Shown here piece by piece: positions 57,413-64,000 of a stretch of 64,000 bases of DNA. A program made the position numbers and the translations under genes. The notes beneath the pieces are model-generated. The model did not search any database and was not told the origin of the DNA. It saw nothing but the letters and a program-made list of their open reading frames with translations. Position 1 is the first letter of the stretch; the number at the start of each line of letters is the position of its first letter. Source of the stretch: an uncultured virus (IMG/VR IMGVR_UViG_3300036770_004343) (Duplodnaviria > Heunggongvirae > Uroviricota > Caudoviricetes); the IMG/VR virus record IMGVR_UViG_3300036770_004343, positions 1-64,000 of that record; one strand, 5' to 3'.

Positions 57413-58164
57413 ATGTAGTTTATATAATCAATATTGCAACTGATAGGAAGCCAGGTAGAACAGTACCATATAAATTTGGAATTGAGTCTTGGAAACATTA
57501 CTGTAATAAACATAATGCTAAATTGGTTGTGTTGGAAGAACCTATTCTTCCATATGATGACTTACGCCCCAATTGGCACAAAGTGTTTATCTTTGATTTA
57601 TTAGAACAATCAAATATTGATGTAGATAAGATTTTAATTGTTGACGCTGATACTATTGTACATCCGGACGCACCAAATTTCTTTGATGTAGCTGAAGACA
57701 AGTTTTGTGTGGTTAATAATATAGGATCTTATGATTGGTTGTTTAGAAGTATAGAAAATTACAAAAAATATATTTTCAATAACTACAATTTTGACGTAAC
57801 CAAATACTTCAATTCAGGAGTGTTAATATTAAATAAAACTCACAAAGAGTTCTTCAATAAAGTCAAAGATTTCTACTTTGCAAATAAAGAAAATTTGGTT
57901 AAAATGCAAGAAACGTTTTTTACAGGCACAGATCAACCTGTATTAAATTTTATGTGTCAGATTGAAAACATCGATATGAAGTTCTTGCCATACGAATTCA
58001 ATATGCAAGATTTACATCGTAGAGAAGCATTGAATGAAAATATGCCTTATTTAAATATGGGATACATATTTCACTTCAACGCTATTCCCAATAACGGAGA
58101 TAATTCCAAAACAATGTATTGGATGGAAACGACTTATAATAAATTATATGGTACAAATCAGTGA
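57409..58164 (+). CDS. GT-A glycosyltransferase (GT8/GT34-like), paralog of the upstream gene
   Basis: WHK, DAD, NSGV, DQPVLN, HF. Confidence 0.8.
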   Translation: MNVVYIINIATDRKPGRTVPYKFGIESWKHYCNKHNAKLVVLEEPILPYDDLRPNWHKVFIFDLLEQSNIDVDKILIVDADTIVHPDAPNFFDVAEDKFCVVNNIGSYDWLFRSIENYKKYIFNNYNFDVTKYFNSGVLILNKTHKEFFNKVKDFYFANKENLVKMQETFFTGTDQPVLNFMCQIENIDMKFLPYEFNMQDLHRREALNENMPYLNMGYIFHFNAIPNNGDNSKTMYWMETTYNKLYGTNQ

Positions 58165-58705
58165 AAAATATCCCACGCTCATTAAAGGTTCAATTGGAGA
58201 ACAAGCTGTAGATTTAATAAGATTTTTATTACCAGAGGGATCTTCTATTTTGGAATTTGGTTGTGGTGTTACTACTAAGTTGTTATTGACTTGGTATAAT
58301 GTATATTCAATTGAACATAATATGCAGTGGTTAAATCACCCAAATGCATATCACGTTCCATTGAAAGAATACAATAATACCGATTTTAAAGCACCCAACG
58401 ATATATCATGCCTTCCGTTTTATGAAAAACAAGTTGCTTGGTACGATCCAAATAAACTATCTGAAGTATTAAAATTGGTACCAAAATATGATCTAATTAT
58501 AATAGATGGACCAAACGGAAACTACGGTAGAGGTGGCTTTTATACACATCTAGATTTGTTTGACACAAACGCTCATATGGTATTTCACGATCTAAATAGA
58601 CAAGCCGAGATGGAGCTAATCAAAAAAGTATCTGAAAAGGTTGGCAGACCTGCTTTTGTTTTGGACAATGACGAAAAAACAGGAGTAATAAAATCACTTA
58701 ATTAA
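58148..58705 (+). CDS. SAM methyltransferase-like protein
   Basis: LEFGCG-TT, SIEH, IDGP, HD--R. Confidence 0.75.
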   Translation: MVQISEKYPTLIKGSIGEQAVDLIRFLLPEGSSILEFGCGVTTKLLLTWYNVYSIEHNMQWLNHPNAYHVPLKEYNNTDFKAPNDISCLPFYEKQVAWYDPNKLSEVLKLVPKYDLIIIDGPNGNYGRGGFYTHLDLFDTNAHMVFHDLNRQAEMELIKKVSEKVGRPAFVLDNDEKTGVIKSLN

Positions 58706-58746
58706 AAAAAATTTCAAGTCAATTCAAATAGTATCTATAATAGAGT

Positions 58747-59610
58747 ATGAAAAAATATAACTTCACAAACAAATTATTCTTAGTTACAGGTGGTAGTGGA
58801 TTTCTAGGCAAACCACTCGTTAAAAGACTTTTGAACGACGGTGCAAAAGTTCGTGTTCTATCAAGAGACGAAGGTAAATTGATTGATCTTAAACAATCAT
58901 TTCCATCCATAGAAATTCTCACGGGAGACGTTTCAGATCCATTTGAAGTACGTCAAGCTATGAAAGGAGTTAATGGTGTATTTCACTTAGCAGCATCAAA
59001 ACACATTGGTATTGCTGAAAAGCAAGTTCGTGAATGTATCAAGTCCAATACATTAGGATCACTTTACATTTTAGAAGAATCGCTTAATTATGAATTGGAG
59101 TTTGTAATTGGTATCAGCACAGATAAAGCGGCTCAAGTAGCTGGTGTATATGGTGCTTCTAAATTACTAATGGAACGTTTATTTAAGCAGTTTGAACAGC
59201 TAAATCCAAATACAGACTATCGTATAGTTCGTTATGGCAACGTGTTGTATTCTACGGGATCAGTACTATGTAAGTGGAGAGACTTGATTAGCGAAGGTAA
59301 AGACTTGATTGTTACAGAACCAGAAGCTACCAGATTCTTTTGGACAGTTGATCAAGCAATTGATTTGATCTATAATTGCTTGGAAAATTGTGCCGATTCA
59401 ACACCATACGTACCCACAATGAAAGGTATGAGTATAGGAAATCTATTGGAAGCACTAATTCAAAAATATGCTCCGGCTGGATCTAAACCAAATGTTAAAG
59501 TTATCGGTTTACAACCAGGCGAAAATAAACACGAAAAGATTCTAGAAAATGGTCCTTATAGCAACGAAGTTGAACAATATACCATCGAAGAAATCAAAGA
59601 TCTTATCTAA
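58747..59610 (+). CDS. PseB/CapD-like UDP-GlcNAc 4,6-dehydratase
   Basis: TGGSG-LG, SRDE, AA-KH, STDKA, YGASK, RYGNV--S-GSV, TRF. Confidence 0.85.
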   Translation: MKKYNFTNKLFLVTGGSGFLGKPLVKRLLNDGAKVRVLSRDEGKLIDLKQSFPSIEILTGDVSDPFEVRQAMKGVNGVFHLAASKHIGIAEKQVRECIKSNTLGSLYILEESLNYELEFVIGISTDKAAQVAGVYGASKLLMERLFKQFEQLNPNTDYRIVRYGNVLYSTGSVLCKWRDLISEGKDLIVTEPEATRFFWTVDQAIDLIYNCLENCADSTPYVPTMKGMSIGNLLEALIQKYAPAGSKPNVKVIGLQPGENKHEKILENGPYSNEVEQYTIEEIKDLI

Positions 59611-60425
59611 TGAAAATATTGGTTATAGGCGGAAATAGATTCGTTGGTAAAAAAGTCGCATATGAACTAAGTCAATTAGCCAACGTTGCTGTTCTTAATA
59701 GATCAGGCACAGGTCCAAATAAAGTTAAAGTAATCAAGTGGGATCGTAATGAACCATTTAATATCGAAAATGATTACAACGTTATTCTGGACTTTTGTCT
59801 TTTTAAACCAGCTCAAGCTCAACATCTTGTAAATTGGTTGAAACCGAACCAAAAATACATATTTATAAGCAGCGGCGCCGCATATAAAGACGCAAACTGT
59901 CTATCATACAACGAAGAAATGTACATTGGTGGTCGATCTGGATTTGGTGATTATGGTGTAGAAAAAGCAGATTGTGAAAATATAGTCAAACAAATAGACA
60001 CTAACTATATGATTATCAGACCACCATATATTGTTGGTCACGATTGTCCTAGACCAAGAATAAGTTACTATATCAGAAATATACTTAACAATAGACCTGT
60101 AGAAGTTGCTGGTACAGGAAATAAACTATTGAGTTTTATATGGGCAAATGATATTGTTAATACATTGGTGGATATGTCTACTACTAATCAATACAACACT
60201 AAAGATAGTTACAACATTGTAAACGAAGATGTTTACAGTGCCAGAACACTCATCGAAGAAATAAGTTTGTTTTTAAATAAAAAGGCAAATATTATTGAAA
60301 ATGGTACTAGTTCACCGTTTATAGACGAACATCTATTGTTGTCTCCTTTGAAATTAGGAAGGAAGTTTAGTAGTACAAAACAAAATCTACCTGAATTTTT
60401 CGATTATATCAAATCTACGTTATGA
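59610..60425 (+). CDS. NAD-dependent epimerase/reductase (atypical SDR)
   Basis: GG-RFVG, ISS, YG--K, RP. Confidence 0.75.
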   Translation: MKILVIGGNRFVGKKVAYELSQLANVAVLNRSGTGPNKVKVIKWDRNEPFNIENDYNVILDFCLFKPAQAQHLVNWLKPNQKYIFISSGAAYKDANCLSYNEEMYIGGRSGFGDYGVEKADCENIVKQIDTNYMIIRPPYIVGHDCPRPRISYYIRNILNNRPVEVAGTGNKLLSFIWANDIVNTLVDMSTTNQYNTKDSYNIVNEDVYSARTLIEEISLFLNKKANIIENGTSSPFIDEHLLLSPLKLGRKFSSTKQNLPEFFDYIKSTL

Positions 60426-61564
60426 ACAAATTATCAAGAACAAAGCCATATATTCCCAAAGAGGACCACAAAGAAATATTAGACAGAGTTGCGGATATTT
60501 TAAATACAGAATCGTTGGTTCAGTCCAAGTATGTTTCTGAGTTTGAGAATATGTTTGCAAAGTATTGTGGTACAAAATACGCAGTTGCAACTTGTTCAGG
60601 CGGCACTTGTTTGGAAGTAGCACTAAGAGCCTCTGGTTTGGTAGGTAAAAAAATAATTGTACCTACACAAACATTTATAGCAAGCGTTAGTGCAATAGTT
60701 CGTTCCAACAATATACCTCTAATTGTGGATATCGATGAAAATACACACTGTTTAAGTGCTGATGTAATTGAAAAGAATTTGGATAAAGATGTAGCGGGTG
60801 TAATGTTAGTACATATGGCTGGATATATTACTCCTGATTACTACAACATTAAAAAACTATGTGATAAACACGGCCTTTTATTGTTTGAAGATGCTTCTCA
60901 CGCAGTAGGGTCTACTATAGACGATCTTCATTCTGGAAATCTGGGATATGCAGGATGTTTCTCCCTATTTGCTACGAAGATTATTACCACAGGTGAAGGT
61001 GGAATAATTACTACAAACGATGCAAAGTTTGCAGAAACTTGCAAAACTTTGAGAAATCACGGGGCTGTTAGAAATCCAACACCAGTAAATGGAGTAGACT
61101 TTGGTGTGAGTTGTGAATTTATTTCTTCTAACTATAAAATGACAGAAATGGTTGCAGCTCTTGGTATTAGCCAACTAAAAAGAGCAAATGAATTTGTAGA
61201 GAAACGTAATGTTATAGCAAAAAGATATAAAGAAAAGATTACCAATCCCAAAATCAAATTTATCGATGTTCCAAATAATATAGTTAATACTTGGTGGCAC
61301 TACATTATAGAATTGCCAAAATCTACAACTTTAAATGAAAGATCAGAGATTTGTAAAAAACTATTTTTGGAATATAACATACCCACAGCAAATGCTTACT
61401 GGCCAGCTTGTCATCAACAAAAAGTATTTGAACCATATACTGTGAATCAAACATATGAATCAGCAGATGGTTTGTTGTCTAGACATCTATCTATTCCTAT
61501 GTACGTAGAAATGACGATGGATCAAGTTGATTATGTTTCGGATGTAATTAACAAAATTGTATGA
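60422..61564 (+). CDS. DegT/DnrJ/EryC1/StrS PLP-dependent sugar aminotransferase
   Basis: EDASH, FSLFATKIITTGEGG, RNHG. Confidence 0.92.
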   Translation: MNKLSRTKPYIPKEDHKEILDRVADILNTESLVQSKYVSEFENMFAKYCGTKYAVATCSGGTCLEVALRASGLVGKKIIVPTQTFIASVSAIVRSNNIPLIVDIDENTHCLSADVIEKNLDKDVAGVMLVHMAGYITPDYYNIKKLCDKHGLLLFEDASHAVGSTIDDLHSGNLGYAGCFSLFATKIITTGEGGIITTNDAKFAETCKTLRNHGAVRNPTPVNGVDFGVSCEFISSNYKMTEMVAALGISQLKRANEFVEKRNVIAKRYKEKITNPKIKFIDVPNNIVNTWWHYIIELPKSTTLNERSEICKKLFLEYNIPTANAYWPACHQQKVFEPYTVNQTYESADGLLSRHLSIPMYVEMTMDQVDYVSDVINKIV

Positions 61565-62250
61565 TTGTAAGTATTCATCAACCAAATTATTTGCCTTGGA
61601 TGGGATTTTTTGATAAAATAGCTAGAAGCGACATCTTTGTTATTTTTGATAACGTACAGTTTCCGAGAGGTAAACAACATTTTGGACACAGAAATTTAAT
61701 CAAGACTGATGGCGAACCAAAGTGGCTAACGGTACCATTAAATGGAAAAAGTGAACTCAAAAACTTTGATGAAATAGAAATCAATTATAATGGATGGAAC
61801 GATAATCATCTAAACTTAATCAAAAATTTCTATAGAAAGTCAAAGTACTTCAATGTATATTATGGCGATTTAGAGTCAATTCTCCGAGTCAACTATAAAA
61901 CATTATCAGAATTAAACAGTGCTTTGATCAAATATTTCTTAAATGTAATGGAAATCAAAACACAAGTTGTATTTTGTTCTGAAATATGTCCCAAGGAAGT
62001 TTCTGGTGGGGATCGTATAATGTATTTATTGAAGAATTTAAATGCTACAAAATATATTTCTGGTACTGGTCCAGGCTCAATGAGATATATAAATGAACAA
62101 GAGTTCAAAGATAATAATATAGAATTGATTTGGCAACATTATAATCATCCAAAATATACACAATTATATGGTGACTTTAAGCCATATATGTGTATAATAG
62201 ATTTATTGTTCAACGAAGGTACAAATAGTAAAAATATAATTTTAAGTTAA
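61561..62250 (+). CDS. WbqC family protein (proposed glycine transferase)
   Basis: SIHQPNYLPWMGFF, DNVQF, RN-I, WLTVP, Y-SG, Y-Q, IDLLFN-G. Confidence 0.88.
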   Translation: MIVSIHQPNYLPWMGFFDKIARSDIFVIFDNVQFPRGKQHFGHRNLIKTDGEPKWLTVPLNGKSELKNFDEIEINYNGWNDNHLNLIKNFYRKSKYFNVYYGDLESILRVNYKTLSELNSALIKYFLNVMEIKTQVVFCSEICPKEVSGGDRIMYLLKNLNATKYISGTGPGSMRYINEQEFKDNNIELIWQHYNHPKYTQLYGDFKPYMCIIDLLFNEGTNSKNIILS

Positions 62251-62251
62251 T

Positions 62252-62911
62252 ATGAAACGTGTAATGGCAATAGGAGCGCATCCTGATGATATTGAATTTG
62301 GTTGTGGTGGTACACTGTACAATCACAAATTAAAAGGAGATTACGTAGTATACGTATGTATGACCAACACAGAATCTGTGGACGGTACTAATGGAACGTT
62401 ATTAAGAACCGCAGAAGAAAATAAACTGGAAACCATTAATGCATCTAAGGTGTTGCAATGCGACGATGTGGAGTTCTTACCGTTCAAAGACTTACACGTG
62501 CCTTTTAGTTTTGACTCGGTAAGTAAACTTGAAAGCTTGATTAAAAAGCACAAAGTAAATACAATTTATACACATTGGGCCGGAGATGCAAATCAAGACC
62601 ATATTTCCACATTCAAGACTACGATGGCAGCCGCTCGATATGTTCCCAACGTATTATGTTATGAACAAATACCTATTTCCAGAATGACAGAGAATCAAAT
62701 GGATATAAATTACTATGAAAATATAGATAACGCATTTGATAAGAAAATTGAAGCTTCTATGTGTCATAGAAGTCAGATTTCAAAATATGAAAAAGTTGGA
62801 TTAAATGTAAAATCTAACCTAGAAATACTAGCAAGATTTAGAGGTATACAAGGTCAATGTAAATATGCAGAGGCTTTTAAGGTACTAAAAATGATAAACA
62901 CAAACCTATGA
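62252..62911 (+). CDS. PIG-L/LmbE family deacetylase
   Basis: AHPDD-E--CGG, DH, H-SQ, EAF. Confidence 0.88.
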   Translation: MKRVMAIGAHPDDIEFGCGGTLYNHKLKGDYVVYVCMTNTESVDGTNGTLLRTAEENKLETINASKVLQCDDVEFLPFKDLHVPFSFDSVSKLESLIKKHKVNTIYTHWAGDANQDHISTFKTTMAAARYVPNVLCYEQIPISRMTENQMDINYYENIDNAFDKKIEASMCHRSQISKYEKVGLNVKSNLEILARFRGIQGQCKYAEAFKVLKMINTNL

Positions 62912-63984
62912 ATATTGAATTTGACGTAACACTGCAGTGTAATTTTAGTTGTCCTAGTTGTAATAGACATAGTAATTTTAATGCATTAACAGATCCATTT
63001 GACAAAGATAATGCAGCTGGTCTTAATTACTATGAAAATACCAACGTAACAATGGATCACGTTGATAAATTGATATCCGATTGTAAAAGACAAGGTAAAA
63101 TTGAAAGAATACATATCATTGGAGGCGAACCACTGACGCATCCAAATATTTCTGATATAGTAGATAGACTACGTGATAATTTGTGGGGAGATCCAGTTCC
63201 AAACATTGTTATTATTTCAAATTTACACCCCAAAATGTTAAAGGCGGGTACTTTAGACACTCCAGATCGTGTTATCAAGTATTTCCCATTTGATAAAGTT
63301 GATAAGATTAAGTTATCATACATCGATCACATAAGTCCTATTTTCAAATCAATTGCACAATATCTAAATGATAGTCAAATCACAAAAGATCAATTGATTC
63401 CCAATCTGGATAAACTGGTATTTGAAATGCCAAATCAAGTATCACTGACAGAGTTACTATCAAAAGTAAACTTTTTCAGAGGCATACCAGTTACTAATTT
63501 CACCCCACTAGATGAAAAAGGAGAAATACATCGTTGTAGCTTAGTGGCTCCATATGATTCTGGTCAAGAAATGATTCCACAGTGCAATATTCCAAATAGA
63601 TGTGGTGTGAATTATTCATTTGATGGATATTGGCCTTGTTCAAATGGATCTGCTATAGCGAGATTGTTCAAATTAAATGGATACAACCGTAAAGATTTGC
63701 CTGATGATTTTACAGATTGGTCCGGCGTAAATGAAAAAGGCAACGCTGAAATTAATAAAAAATCAGGAATGTGGGATATGTGTAAAATGTGTCAAGTAGC
63801 TGCTAAAAATAAATTAGCAGAAAAAGATCACGGACGACCAATCTCTATTAGTTACAGAAAAGCACTGGGGTTGGAAAAATCAGATGAATCGTTATCAGAA
63901 TATGTTATCGAAAAACATTCAAAGAGACTAGCAACTGCAGCTATTCTAAAAGAAGGTATTTGCGTAGACGATAAATGTACTTAA
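62908..63984 (+). CDS. Radical SAM protein with a Cys-rich (Twitch/SPASM-like) C-terminus
   Basis: CNFSCPSC, GGEP, CG...WPC, CKMC. Confidence 0.85.
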   Translation: MNIEFDVTLQCNFSCPSCNRHSNFNALTDPFDKDNAAGLNYYENTNVTMDHVDKLISDCKRQGKIERIHIIGGEPLTHPNISDIVDRLRDNLWGDPVPNIVIISNLHPKMLKAGTLDTPDRVIKYFPFDKVDKIKLSYIDHISPIFKSIAQYLNDSQITKDQLIPNLDKLVFEMPNQVSLTELLSKVNFFRGIPVTNFTPLDEKGEIHRCSLVAPYDSGQEMIPQCNIPNRCGVNYSFDGYWPCSNGSAIARLFKLNGYNRKDLPDDFTDWSGVNEKGNAEINKKSGMWDMCKMCQVAAKNKLAEKDHGRPISISYRKALGLEKSDESLSEYVIEKHSKRLATAAILKEGICVDDKCT

Positions 63985-64000
63985 TATGATACTCAAAGTA

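Noticed and set aside
58..63323. Many short antisense or alternate-frame ORFs in the track
   Set aside because: Shadows of longer motif-bearing genes with no independent support
1..64000. Stop-codon reassignment
   Set aside because: Conserved genes are intact in code 11, TAA, TAG and TGA all serve as ends, and no suppressor tRNA was seen

Overview
AT-rich, gene-dense segment of a large (jumbo-type, T4-like replisome) dsDNA bacteriophage genome that reads in standard code 11. Main blocks, left to right: (1) 1-6.4 kb, late/structural and accessory genes (GNAT, two 2OG-Fe(II) oxygenases, putative virion proteins). (2) 6.5-10 kb, a free-standing GIY-YIG homing endonuclease abutting a minus-strand RNA island. 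The island holds eight conventional or near-conventional tRNAs: Arg-UCU, Lys-UUU, Glu-UUC, fMet-CAU, Leu-CAA, Leu-UAA split by a ~202-nt group I intron, and two Ile-UAU. It also holds five aberrant tRNA-like genes and several unassigned structured RNAs, driven by sigma70-type promoters with rrn boxA-like elements. (3) 10-30 kb, early/middle genes: SpoU methyltransferase, nucleotide-sugar enzymes (GME-like, RmlA/B plus a UER1-type epimerase/reductase, Gmd), nucleases, ClpP-like protease, SF2 helicase and IscU. (4) 31-36.5 kb, modular proteins punctuated by I/L-x-E motifs, suggesting protease-processed capsid cargo, one ending in a lysozyme. (5) 40-46.6 kb, clamp loader, sliding clamp, family B DNA polymerase and a Cas4-like nuclease. 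(6) 46.6-64 kb, a >17-kb glycosylation operon headed by an RHH regulator with tandem 8-bp palindromic boxes. All functional calls come from motif recognition by eye; no database searches were run.
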